This document shows, in pieces, positions 24,585 through 38,300 of a stretch of 64,000 nucleotides of DNA. The position numbers and the translations under genes were made by a program. The notes beneath the pieces are model-generated. The model was not told the DNA's origin, searched no databases, and saw only the letters and a list, made by a program, of their open reading frames with translations. Origin of the DNA: Octopus bimaculoides (Eukaryota); the NCBI RefSeq assembly GCF_001194135.2, contig NC_068985.1, positions 40,502,646 to 40,566,645 of the forward strand, in the 5' to 3' direction. Each line of letters opens with the position of its first letter. The first letter of the stretch is position 1.

Positions 24585-25950
24585 ATATAGCTGAATCACT
24601 ACCAGAACTAGAGAAGTTTCAGGTATGGAAGCAAGATCTAGAATCAAAGGGCCTTAGAGTTAACCTTGCAAAAACCAAAGTCTTAGTAAGTAGGAAGGCA
24701 GACAAACCACAAATCCCTTCAGGTAGATGGCCCTGCTTGATCTATAGGAAAGGTACAGGTAGAAACTCCATAAGATGTACCCGGTGTAAGCTATGGACAC
24801 ATAAGAGGTGCCATAATATCAGAAGAAAGTTAACAGGGAAAATAGCTTTTGTGTGTGGAAGATGCATGGGTACAATAAGCACCAAAAATGTACAGAAAAT
24901 AGATTTCATCAACTGCCAGTGGGGTTAGCTAGAAGTAGTAGATAGCTTCTTTTATCTAAGTGGCCAAGTCCATAGTAGAGATGGATGCTCCAAGAGCATA
25001 GCTGTGAGAATAAGATTAGGTTAGGCAAAGTTTGGGGAGCTCCTACCTCTGCTGGTAACAAAGGGCCTCTCTCTCAGAGTGAAAGGCAGATTGTATGATG
25101 CCTGCGTGCAAACAGCTATGCTACACATCAGTGAAACATGGGCTGTAACAGCTAAGGACATGCATAGGCTTGAAAGCAATAAAGCCAGTATGCTTCACTG
25201 GATGTGCATGTTTGATAGAGTGTTAGCATCTTGAGAGAAAAGTTGGGCATAAGTGACATCAGATGTGGTGTACAAGAGAGATGATTGTGCTGGCATGGTC
25301 ATGTGATGCATATGGATGAGGACAGCTATGTAAAGAAGTGCCGATCTCTAACTGTGGAGGAAACCTGTGGTAGAGGTAGACCCAGGAAGACATGGTACGA
25401 GATGGTGAAGCATGATCTTCAAACTTTGGGCCTCACAGAGACAATGGTAAGTGACCAAGACCTTTGGCGATATGCTGTACTTGAGAAGACCCATCAAGCC
25501 AAGTGAAATTGTAGTCATGGCTGATGCTGATGTCCCATAACTGGCACCCAGGCTAGTGGCACGTAAAATGCACCTTTCAAGCATTGGGCCTCATGGAGGC
25601 AAAGCAGCTGATACTGATGTCACGTGAAAAGCTCCTTTCAAGTGTTGGGCCTCACAGAGGCAATGACTGAGACCTTTGACATTATGTTGTGCTTGAGAAG
25701 AAAACCCATCAAGCCAAGTAAAATCACAGTCATGGCAGGTACTGGTGTCATGCAATTGGCACCCATGCCGGTGGCACATAAAAGCATCAATTATACTCTC
25801 AGAGTGGTTGTCATTAGGAAGGGCATCCAACCATAGAAACCATACCAAATCTGACTGGAATCTGATGCAGCCTTCCAGCTTTCCAGCCCTGGTCAAAGCA
25901 TCCAACCTATGCAAGCATGGACAACAGACACTAAATGATGATGATGATTT
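24585..25950 (+). mobile_element. 5'-truncated RTE LINE: RT C-terminus, PHD-like finger, thumb domain, 3' UTR and (GAT)n tail
   Basis: IAESLPELEKFQVWKQDLESKGLRVNLAKTKVL; CLIYRKGTGRNSIRCTRCKLWTHKRC..VCGRC; LEVVDSFFYL; SETWAVT; WHGHVMHMDED..GRGRPRKTW. Contains several stops and frameshifts. Confidence 0.9.
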
Positions 25951-26179
25951 TTTATGATGATATATTTATATATACATATATATATAGTCATGTGTTTTTA
26001 TGCAATAAACTTGAGTGCCCAATGCATATTAAAGTATGTAGAATGTGTATGTATCTGTAGGTAAGTGTCTATTTATATCCATACCATGGTCTCATGCAAA
26101 TACTCAAGTGAATTATAGTGGTTTTCAGTAGATGAGAAACAAATACAGACATTCATTCACATGCAAATATATACACGCA

Positions 26180-26398
26180 CAAGGGAGTGCTGAAAAGTTC
26201 CTGGTTTTAAGGGTATCGCAAAAGGCCTGGTTGGAGACCCAACCTTTCAAGTTCTTTTACGGGACTGAAAAAAACTGAAGGACCACTGCAATAAGTGTGT
26301 GAATCTAAGAGGGGAATATGTTGAATAAAATCATAATTAATTCATCTTCCTGTATTTTCTATTACCCAAAGCCAGGAACTTTTCAACCCCCTAACTTG
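26180..26398 (+). mobile_element. Internally deleted mariner (second family, MITE-like)
   Basis: Inverted ends caagggagtgctgaaaagttcctggtttt / aaagccaggaacttttcaaccccctaacttg followed by TA. Encloses KKLKDHCNKCVNLRGEYVE*, a mariner transposase C-terminus. Confidence 0.65.
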
Positions 26399-26774
26399 TA
26401 TGTGATATATATATATATCATCATCATCATTTTAACATCCACTTTTCTATTTTTGTCAATCTTCACTTGCTTCCAATCATACTAATACTTCCCTATGGCT
26501 AGACATTTTTTCGCAGAAAATTGGAAACAAAGGATACTATTTGTATGATGGTGGCACTCACTTATGACCATTGCATAATATCAACACAAGGTGGTTCAAA
26601 CACATATTGCCATCATTTAAAGTCCATTTTCCTTGCTAGCATGAGATGGACACATATGTATACACACATAACCAGCTTTCTGTGTTTGTCTACTAAATCC
26701 ACTCACAAGACTTTGGTGGCCCAGAGTGGAACTAAAATGTTTTGGAAGTAAACTTCTGAACCATATAGCCATGC

Positions 26775-26808
<34 letters not shown>

Positions 26809-29800
26809 CACAAAATCTGAGAAATGCACACATGCATTTTGTGTTGGTTTCTTTTATCAGGGTTCACTTTTTCTTTCTTTTCTTCTTTCTTTACGATCGC
26901 TGCTTCCATGAGCAACAACTATTCATATAATTATGTCACTCTAATCTGAAAATCAATATATCCAACATTGCTTCAGTAATTCTGCCATTAGAATCTTAAG
27001 ATTATTAGTGCCATACACACACACACACATATACACTTGCACACTCACAAACATGGATGGATATATATATATATATATATACACACTCACACACACACAC
27101 ACACACACATACACACACAATTCTATGTCTATAATCATTCACACATACAGATATATAAGATACATTTTCTAGTTGTCATATTCTGTAATTGTCTTGGATT
27201 ACACTATCAAATCCATTGCAATTTAACGACTAGGCTTTCTATCGACCAAGGCTGCAGTAACAGAGTAACTTGTATTAAGTTATGATGGGACGTGCTTGGC
27301 ATTTGGTTTTATACAGAAGCGAGTGACTAGTTTTACATTACAGTTTAGATCAGGATTTGGGGCAGGGGTGTTTTCTGTTTGTTTGTTTCTTAATTCCTCT
27401 TTTTTTTTTTCATATTGTTTTAATAACTTCAGCTTTTGCCTGCAATAAGCTTTCATTTTTATTGAGATCGTATTTACATTTTATCAGACAGCTGATCTAT
27501 ATGAGGGTTATTATCTGGAGGTTGTATATTTATAATTGGTGTGACATACTTCTGTATAGGCTAGGTTTGAACCCTCTGTATTGAGCCAAATAGTTATTCA
27601 GAAACTGAAGTATCATCTGGTTCTGAAAAGTAAATGCAGCATTTATGCAATGCAGTTACGTCTACAGAAAGGTGGTATATCATAAACAATATAAACACTA
27701 TAAAACTCCAATAATAGATAATCTCAGATCATAAAGATTACACTTTTAACACCATTTATAACATAAATGGTGTATAGTATTAATTAAGGATGTAAATTAT
27801 AGGTAGAGTACTGATTCGTTGAAAAGTGATTCATCTAGGTATGTTCAAATTCATCTACAGTCATGAAGAGCACAATGAAAAACCACAGGAAAAATCAGTA
27901 CATGAATAGCAAGCATCCATCATTGTCTACAGAACAATATTTTTCTTGCACTCTGTGATAACATTAAGTCATGAAACTCTCAAATGTCATTAAGTTAAAC
28001 TCACTTCAAAGATTAGTCTAACTTGTTGATTACTTAAGCCTTTGATTAACCTAACATTTGGTGAGTTTTATTTGGCTGAATAAATGCTCCAATTAAATGG
28101 ATTAAGATTTGCCTTGAGAGATTCATGTGCATTTAGTTACCACATAAATTGCTCCTATGTTTTTTTAATGGTTTTAATTTAATGCCTTTCCAACTTAGGA
28201 GGTATTTCCCTAACTTGGTATGACGGGTTATTTTTATACAAATATTTTCACTTCATATTCCATATATATTCCAGTCACTCTATTTTCAACCCCTCAAGGT
28301 TGACTACTATTTATAGTAAAGTTTCATGGGAATGGCTCATTCTGCATGGGCTAAAACACCGAGATATCCTGGAAGCTTACTATCTGATAAATATAGTTTT
28401 ATGTGGTTATATCTGAAATTCATTCTTTCTGTTCATTTACTTTACAGAGACTCCAAACAAATAAAAGAATTATATTTTACAACATGTATTGAATACCTTT
28501 TATTTTGTTCATTACTCTTAATGTGGACATATATATATATATATAAGCATAACCTAGTAGTTTGTATCACCATCGTTTAACGTCCATTTTCCATGCTGGC
28601 CTCTTTCATTAATTGTTTTAGGTGCCTATGTAGTTGCACACTGACATAGATGCCCTCTTTCACACTGCTACCCTTAAACCTAACAAAACATCATGGTTGT
28701 GACAGGTGAGAGGGCTGCACTAGCACAATGCTCACTTTCACCTGAGTAGACTGAAACAACATGAAATACTATACCTTGCTCAAGCACACAATATACTACC
28801 TTGTCCATGAATCAAAAAGTCTCCCTCACAATAATGAACCCAATACTCTCACCTTGAGGCTACATATATTCATTCCTTTACACCTCTTTTTTTTCCATAC
28901 TGACATGGGTTAGATGAATTCATATTATTGAGGCATTATGTATGTATCATGCACATTCAGATTCCATTCCTGATTTTACCCCTGCTTCTGCATCCACTGA
29001 GATTTACTGTTACCTACTTGGACACTTGTGTAAAACCACGATATGTGTATAACTGCACATGCACATTTTATTCCTTTTATTTTTCACACCTACACATGCA
29101 TGCATGCACATATGCACACATATACACAAGTGGTTTGTCACCTCTGAAAGCATTAAGACTTGCAGGTGAAATGACATTCAAGAGATGTAATCTGTGGAGA
29201 GGTGATACATTACTGCTTCATCCAACCCACACAAGAATTTGAAAATAGACATTAGAGAAAGGTTTACAAGTAATCAAATGAGAACTTAAGTGAGGTTTTT
29301 ATCATTACATTTCTTCTATCACCTGCACACTACTTTTACAACTACTACTACTTCTCTGCACAATAATAAGGTTTTCTTTACATGAAGTTTTTAAAATCTC
29401 TTTCATGGTAATTACAAGCTGGAGTAGAGGTATAAGTTGCTTCCTTGAGTGACAGTAACCTTTCCAATTTTTTAATGCTATTTTTCTATTTCTTTACTTT
29501 GCACACCACCACCACCATACACTACCCTCTCTCTATTCCTTCCCCTCTGTCTCACCCTCCATTTATCCATACATATATGGTTCTGTTTATTTATCTATTG
29601 ATCTTTAACTGTGACTGGTTGTATTTTACTCTCTCTTTCTACTTGTGTACATATATGTATAGTGGGCTGTTTGCTTGTTGATATGTTCAACAAAAAAAGT
29701 ACTCAATCCCAGAAGAGATAAATATCATTTAATGAATACAAGTGTTATACTTGAGCTACTTCAAGTTTCATGCTCAGATAGTGCAGTAATCAGACAGGCT

Positions 29801-29935
29801 TATATAGTGTGCTGTGCATGACCTGAAAATTTTTGACTCCATGTTGAGCACTTTGAGGTAGTTTCCCCTTGTAAAGCAGTTTCATCTAGTCAGGTATAAA
29901 TGTGTGTGTTTTTACACATTTATCCATTCCAGGCA

Positions 29936-29981
<46 letters not shown>

Positions 29982-32900
29982 CCCATCCATCTCTATACTA
30001 ACATGCATGCACACACACACCTCTTTCTATCTGAACCTAATCTTTCCTTCTTATTTTTCTCTCCTGGTCTCTTTCACCAACTTCTTGCTGCAGAAGAAAG
30101 TTTGGATAGTGGAGAGAGAGGACATTTTCTGTGAAATGATATCACAAATTTCAAATAAAATGAAAGGAAACAACAACACCAAAATAGTAACACCCCATTG
30201 AGACCACCATCACCACAAAATATGACACCAATGGACAAAAAGAAACAAAAATGAGCAATTAACTACTTAGGCAGAGTAATATTTTCTTTCATGTTAGGCT
30301 AATTATGCCAGGCTTGTAATGTTTGAGGAAGTATTGGTATTTCACTTCAAAAATAAACCACCACAAACACTGGTCATGTTTTTGACAAATGCAATTTGGC
30401 GGCTGCAGCGGTGGTAGCACTGCTGTCATTTATTAAAGACAGTATCTCTGTTGTCACCATTACTGCCATCCACATTGCTGTTACAGCCATTGCAGCCACT
30501 ATTATCATCATCATCCCTGCTACTATCATCACTATACTTACCAACACCATCAACAACAACATAACCATTATTGAGCCAACAACAGAGCTTATGCATGACA
30601 CTTGATTCACTAGTAAAAGAAAATCTTCCTTAAATTACACCCTACCATCATGAAAAAGAAGAGATAGAATGGATTAATGGAAGGCCTAAATAGATAATGT
30701 CCTAGAGAAAGGTAAAAGTTTTCATGACTGAAATGTCTTTAATCATAGGTCACTTCAGTCTGAGTTGAGCTGATCGTAAATAACATGACCATCACCATTT
30801 TTACTAGTATTATATTAATTCATCATCATCATCAAGTGATGTCATTTTTGTCATCATCATTTTCATCATCACCTATGAGACATCTCTATGGTCACTCAAA
30901 ACTGTTAGAAATAGCAACCAAATTTCCCTCAAATTGATAAACGATATATCTTAAAAAAGGAAGGACACACTGGATATAGTCTATAATATCATTCTAAATA
31001 TACTTTCAGAGTAAAAAAAAATATCTCCAGTCATAGATTTGCTTGATCAAGGATAACATGAAATTAAATAATGTCATCATCAAAAAATCATAATAATAAT
31101 ACTTTTTCATTTTATTTTATTTTATTTTCCATGTTGAAATGAGTGGCTGGATTTGCAACATAGCATATCTCCAAATTTATTCCATCCTTTCTGTGGTGCC
31201 CAGTGTTCTTTGATCTGATATGGCAATAAATAAATAGCATTTAAGCTAATGGGAATTGCCATACAAGCAAAGAATAATAATCACTCTTCATTAGCCTCAC
31301 AGTTGACATCCTCATCATCATCCTTATTTTTACCATCAGTTAATTCTGGTCATGCTTCTTCCTCATTTGATGCCAGATGGATGGAGTAGGTTTTTACAAA
31401 ACAAATAGCAGACCATTAGTCTGAGAATGCCTGCAAAATTCATGAGCACTGGCTCTTTCTCTTGACCTAAAGCAGTTACATGTTCAGATACTGATATCTT
31501 GTATTGACACAGCAACGATGTTTGCAGTAGATAGCAAGTTATACAATCAATTTAATCATACCCATTAATAATACTGGTATATACAATTATTGACCCTTGG
31601 GAATAAGTTAATATGGTTACATTGAGATATAAGAACATGGTTTATGCATTTATTATAAACTAATATCCATTCAAAGTAAGAAAATATTGGTATCACTAGT
31701 GGAGATAAGATGGCCGAGTGGGAAAGGTCATGAATTCAAATTTGCTGTAGAAATTTGATGACCTGAACACTGTATTCTTCAGGCATAGGCATAGCTGTGT
31801 GGTTAGGAGCTCATTTAGTAACCATGTGGTTTTGGGTTCAGTTCAGTATGCAGTGCCTTGGATAAGTATTTCTACTAGGAATAAGAGTTTCTACTAGGAC
31901 TTGTGCCTTGTAAGTGAATTTGCTAAACAGAAACTATCTGAAAGCCTGTCATGTGTGTCCCCTAACCACCCACCACATGTTTAACATTCCTGAGCATATT
32001 TTTTGTTGCTTGATTTAGAGGAAACCTTTTGATATCAATCCACCGATGGTTCTCTAGTACAAAATGATCTGAATGAAAAACCTTCCATAAAAATTTCTTG
32101 TTAATTTATGTTCTAATGACAGTTATTTGACTAAATTCTTCGTTGTTTTCAAAATTGATTGAAACAAGGTCAGGTCTTGATATTTAACCATCTAGAAATT
32201 TGACCAAACTACTGGAGGAAGCGTTGGTGTTGCTGGGGCTATTGTGATAATAGAGATTATATTAATATTATTTTACCATCCATATTTCTTTGTATATGTC
32301 TTAAGGCTCTACTCATATGGAATATGAAATAAGTAAACTTAGTTGTATATCTTAATTTTGTGTCTTTGATTTCTTGTTAAGTTACAGGCCAGCTCCTATT
32401 TGAGTGGTCCTATGATGAAAGGCATTTAAAACATGATCAGCATATCTGTTTTATGGCAATGTACATCCAGGACTACATTATCTTGTAAGTCCTTTTTTGT
32501 TTCATGACAGTGAGATATTAGTTGAAAGAGATTTGGTTACTGGTTACTATTTCTAGCAGGTTTTGTGACCATGTTTGTAAGCTTGTTTGTGAGCTTCCAA
32601 TTTTGCAGTTATTAAGCTGTCTACATATATTTTGTGCTTTGTATTTATATGAATCAGATGAGAGAGAGAGAGAGAGGGGATATTTTTTAAATAGTACTGT
32701 TGCATTATTATTGATGTGTTTCAATCTTTGTGGATGATTAGATATGTAGTTACAGACATTATGTGGTTCAGAATTGTATAGCAGTGAAGCAGAGGCAATT
32801 CCTTAAACCAGTGTATGCAATATTAAAAATCAAAGCATATTATTGGAGTAAGATACATATAATGTATATTTACCCTCTTTCCTGCTATCTCTCATAAAAA

Positions 32901-33308
32901 TAAAAGATTTGTAATAAAATATGATTTGTTATTTGCATTCATTTATAAGTCTTAGGCATAGACTGTATATATTTCATTCGTGCTGAAAATGCCAATGTTA
33001 TGAGGGTTGCCAACATGATAATCTTAGCATATTTTGTTGGTTTACAAACCCATCTGTTTTGGTATATATATAAATCAGATTGAGTGTAGGCAAATTTGGG
33101 TTTATTAAAGAATTGTAGAGCCAAGATGGTTTCTTAAGTTGGTGTTTTAACTCCGTGCAGGCCATCACTTACTGATACACTATAACTACTTACATATTAA
33201 CATACTACAACCCCTATCTTGTCTACCACTAGTACTATCTTCTGAAATAACAAAGTTCATACCACCTGTATAAAAACCTAGTGCTCACACACATCTAATT
33301 TCATGTTA

Positions 33309-34672
33309 TTGGGTTGTCCGGAAAGTTTGTGCCGATTTTTAAAGGAAAGAAAAAGGTCAATAAATACTTGCCATTACATTTTTAATCAACCAAATATGAA
33401 CCATTTTGTTGCACAGTGCGTCTCCATCTTTCCTTTAACTTGAAAATACCCTCTTCTCAGAATTGAGGTGGTTTCATGGCAAAGAATTCATCAAGGTATC
33501 ATTTTACGTCATCCAAGGAATTGAAATTTTTACCATTAAGACTATTCTGCAGAGACCTGAATAAGTGGAAATCCGAAGGAGCAATATCTGGTGAATATGG
33601 AGGGTGGGGTAACACATCCCAGCCAAGNNNNNNNNNNNNNNNNNNNNNNNNNNNNNNNNNNNNNNNNNNNNNNNNNNNNNNNNNNNNNNNNNNNNNNNNN
33701 NNNNNNNNNNNNNNNNNNNNNNNNNNNNNNNNNNNNNNNNNNNNNNNNNNNNNNNNNNNNNNNNNNNNNNNNNNNNNNNNNNNNNNNNNNNNNNNNNNNN
33801 NNNNNNNNNNNNNNNNNNNNNNNNNNNNNNNNNNNNNNNNNNNNNNNNNNNNNNNNNNNNNNNNNNNNNNNNNNNNNNNNNNNNNNNNNNNNNNNNNNNN
33901 NNNNNNNNNNNNNNNNNNNNNNNNNNNNNNNNNNNNNNNNNNNNNNNNNNNNNNNNNNNNNNNNNNNNNNNNNNNNNNNNNNNNNNNNNNNNNNNNNNNN
34001 NNNNNNNNNNNNNNNNNNNNNNNNNNNNNNNNNNNNNNNNNNNNNNNNNNNNNNNNNNNNNNNNNNNNNNNNNNNNNNNNNNNNNNNNNNNNNNNNNNNN
34101 NNNNNNNNNNNNNNNNNNNNNNNNNNNNNNNNNNNNNNNNNNNNNNNNNNNNNNNNNNNNNNNNNNNNNNNNNNNNNNNNNNNNNNNNNNNNNNNNNNNN
34201 NNNNNNNNNNNNNNNNNNNNNNNNNNNNNNNNNNNNNNNNNNNNNNNNNNNNNNNNNNNNNNNNNNNNNNNNTGATCATCATCTGTAGTGGATGGTCTGC
34301 CTGATCGCTCTTTATCAATAAGGCTACAATCTCCAGCTCGGAACCTTGCGAACCACTTCCAAACAGTTCTTTCAGATAAAGAAACATCACCATAAACTGC
34401 GCATGTTTCTTTGGTTGCTTGTGAGGCATTTTTCCCTTTACAGAAAAAGAAAAGCATCAAGTGCCAAAAATGAACTTTCTTATCTTCCATTTTAAAGGGT
34501 TACAGAATTAACACAGGTTATAGGAACATAAACCTTCTTCCACGAAAAGATAGCTTAAACTGTGCTCTAAATGGAGGTGTAGTCAAATCCTATTTTACGG
34601 ACTCAACCATGTTCTAAAATAAGTCGAACGGTTAGCTACTATAAATCGGCACAAACTTTCCAGACAACCCAA
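33309..34672 (-). mobile_element. Near-full-length mariner (Tc1/mariner) DNA transposon
   Basis: ~30-bp TIRs ttgggttgtccggaaagtttgtgccgattt / aaatcggcacaaactttccagacaacccaa with TA on both sides (33307-33308, 34673-34674). The middle lies in an N-gap. Confidence 0.92.
33382..34490 (-). pseudogene. Mariner transposase, disrupted
   Basis: N-terminus MEDKKVHFWHLMLFFFCKGKNASQA...WFARFRAGD...RSGRP. C-terminus [28 protein letters not shown] followed by two in-frame TGA stops before the terminal TAA at 33382. Confidence 0.85.
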
Positions 34673-35249
34673 TACTTTACAACGTTACTTACTGCCACAG
34701 AAATTGGCTCAGTCATCACACTTTTATTTTTAACATGTCTATTCTGGACAACAATTTCAACCAATTGCATCCATGACAATGTGTGTATGGAATGGGGAAT
34801 GTGTGCACATTGATCAATCATATTTTCTCCTTTCATCACCTCTGCTATGTCTGAACCCCAAAACTCTGCATTCTAAGCACTTCACTTCAAAACTAAGCAC
34901 TTCACTTCAACCTTCTTTCCTAGAACTACAAACCTCTGAAAACTTTCCTTGTTCACATTTTCCCTAACAGACATCAACTTGCATGACTTAACATCACACT
35001 CAATTGTATCAACCTCTGCAAGGGCTATGGACTTTGGACTTCCTCCTTGAAGTAAAATATCACAAAAATATTCAATCAAATCTCCCATTGAGTAGGAGGC
35101 TGGTGTTTTAGGTTAATTATTCTGATGGACATGGTACCGACAGTATTTTTTAGATAGATAAACTAACACAAATGATTTTAAGTACCTTGCCCCAAGAACT
35201 TGTAATGGACTTTCATACTTGCAAGTTATTACCTTCTCTCTCTATCACG

Positions 35250-35258
35250 CACGCACGC

Positions 35259-35328
<70 letters not shown>
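35250..35328. repeat. (CACG)n/(CA)n microsatellite
   Basis: Seen directly. Confidence 0.95.
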
Positions 35329-35329
<1 letters not shown>

Positions 35330-38300
35330 CATGTTGCCTAGCAATGGAAATACATGTGCAGAACTTCAAAAGTGAAATAAGTTAAATGGCTGAAATAAAA
35401 TTTACACCTTATGAAAAGTACTTTTAAAATGGACATAGGAAGTACCAATGGACAGTCATGTGATATGAGCATGAGATGCAATTGATTGAAATTGATGTGT
35501 GATTGAGCCAATTTCTGTGGCAGTTATGTTGTAAAGTAGCATGAAATTGGATTTAACAAAAGATTTTTCGGTTCCTATGCTTTCAGAATTGTTGCCCTTC
35601 TGTCTTATACATAGGTGGAACTGTAAGAATATTGGACTTGAATGCCTTGTGGTTGTTCCAGTTCTTTGCATTCCAAGTCCAAATCTTTCATAGTGTACTT
35701 GGGTGGTAGACTTAATCAGTAGCCCTGTTTAATATCACCACCACCTGGAATATTGCATACTTTTAGTGGAGTACATTTTGGTGCAAGTACTCAAACCAGA
35801 TCTCTATTTTGAGGATACTGTCTTCCTAAAAAGATCACAGGTATTGCCTTCTTCCTGACAAAAAAAAAGAAAAATATAAAAACACTCAATTTTAGATATT
35901 TATTCTTAGTCATTTAATGGTTAACCATGCACATATGCTAGAATTGCTTTTATGAATTGGATGGTAAGAGATTTATAATGTATTCTTTGTTCCTAATATT
36001 CTAACATATATGATATCATAAAGTTGAACTTTAAAATATCACTTTGTACTAACTCTCATTACTTTCTACTTCTCTACAATATTGAACTGAGGACATTATT
36101 GAACTTAAAATATCTTAAATTCTGTGTTTAAATGTTAATATATATATAGAACTAAGTATTAATATTGTTAGTGAAATTGTAAAGAAAAAAAAAACAGGAA
36201 TTAATCTTTCTTATGTTTTACTACCATGTTGACTGGTTGCTATTTCTAGCACACTGTGTTTTTCTATCCAGCCTCCTTGTTGAAAATAATACCGGATAAT
36301 TTCCTTACCACTACATTGAGCTAAAATAATTCCACTAAAAAATTCAATGTCATCTGCAGCTTGATATGAAACTATATGAACTCTGATGTGACAGAACCAT
36401 GAAGTGGAAGTTTTCAGTTCACTACATTCATGATAAGCTACTTCAAAGCAGCTGAGCTTTAAAACAACCACAACAGGCCACATAACTGACTCTAGAGACT
36501 TTATATATGGTCTCACTACAACTAGAAGTTTCCTGAAGAGAGATCAAAACCTAGAAAATATTTACAAAACAGGTAAACTAAGAAAAAGATGGAGAGAATT
36601 AACAGACCATAAGTTTGTTTGGAATTTGGAACAAGTAAATCCAAAGAAACAAATTTTAGCAGTGTAACAGTATTAATAAAGCAGGGAAATTTTAACTCAG
36701 ATTTAGCATCTAATTCTTTTAAGTTCTTCATCTCTTAAATCATGTTATATCTATATAGACATATAACTGCCTCTCTGCTACATCCTATTTAACAACACAT
36801 TGGCTATCCTGAAAAATCAAGACAGATTTGGCATTTCTGAATTATTTAATAGCTAAAGAATTCTATTTTCTGACTTTGAATTATTTGATATTTAAATGTA
36901 CAATCTTGTATCCTTACTTCGTAATGAGCTAACAAAAATGCTTTCAGTAATGCAAACCAACAGGGATACTCGAGCTAATGAGAGAGCTTTTAGGTAGCTG
37001 CTCAGCCTGCTAGAAATAGCAGTCAAATTTCCCTTAAATTACACCTTGTTATCATAAATAAAGACAGATACATGTAGTCTCTGATATATAGATATACAAA
37101 TACAGAGTTCCTTGAGCCAGGGTGTAAAAGCTGCAGTGATGACAGTGATGATGATGATGATGACTGTTGCAATGATGGTGATGATAGTTGCAATGGTGAT
37201 AGTGGGGGTAAGAAATCTCAGCTCTTTAATTAAAATAAAAACAATTTGGTCACCTAATATTTTTAAGTTCTTGACAGATTTATCTTTAAATAACATTAAA
37301 TTATCAATAAAACCATGTTTAGAAAATGTTTCACTGTTTTGGGGAGATAAATTTTTTCAGTGGCTTATATCTGTAACCCAAGAAAACAATGATTATTTTG
37401 TAAATGCATATTCTAGAAGAAAACCTCCTTTAGTCTCCATCCATTATTTCCAACCAAAGAGTCATACCATCACCACCACAACAACTACAGTAACTACTGA
37501 GATATCTTTAATTAAAATTTCTGAAACCACCCCTGTATTCTACAGTATTCTCTATAAACTTGTTACAGTGTTTAAAGTGTTTATTATTATTTGGGCGTTT
37601 TATTCTATTAATATCATGTGTTTTGATGTCCTTATTTTTCTGGCATGTCTCTTTGTAATTGGTTGATTCAGACATGTGACACCTCTCATTCACATCATTT
37701 TTTTATGTTGCTGCCAAGAATGTAACACAAGCAAATTTAAACTCTATTTTAGAGTAATGCAACATTGCTAATAATAATAATGATGATAATACTAACCATG
37801 ATGATGAGTTTTGAAATTGTTTGCAAAGTCTGAAACACCACTAGAGTTGCTATAGTAGACAATCCACAAATATAGGCAGATATAGGTATGGAATTTGATA
37901 TCTTAAAATGTACAGCATTCAATACAAAATCAGGAAAAATATCTTATGTTACTGCTACAAAGTTATCATCCAGGGAACAATGAGGAGACTCAAGTGATGA
38001 TGGTTACTGGCTATAAGAATCTAAGAATCCTGATAGCTGATGCAGTGCAGTAAAAGAAAATGTATAAAAATTTTATTTACACCAGTTAAAACTTTACACA
38101 AGGAATACAATTTTTGCTTTAACCCTTTTGTTATCATATTTCTGTTGAGATACTCTGTCTTTCTTTCAATTAATCTTAAATATAACAAGGAATTTAATAA
38201 AATAACTTATTTATTAAGCTAGTTTTAGGAACATAAATTGTGACTAAGGTTTGGTGGAAGAACTTTTGAAAACAAGTCATTTGTATTACAGAGCTAGAGG

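Noticed and set aside
25500-25660. Hammerhead ribozyme (CTGAT motifs in the RTE 3' UTR)
   Set aside because: No CUGANGA core with a matching GAAA and three-stem junction.
31217-31265. Inverted repeat TATGGCAAT...ATTGCCATA as a pre-miRNA
   Set aside because: Only 9 bp of outer stem with a poorly paired interior.
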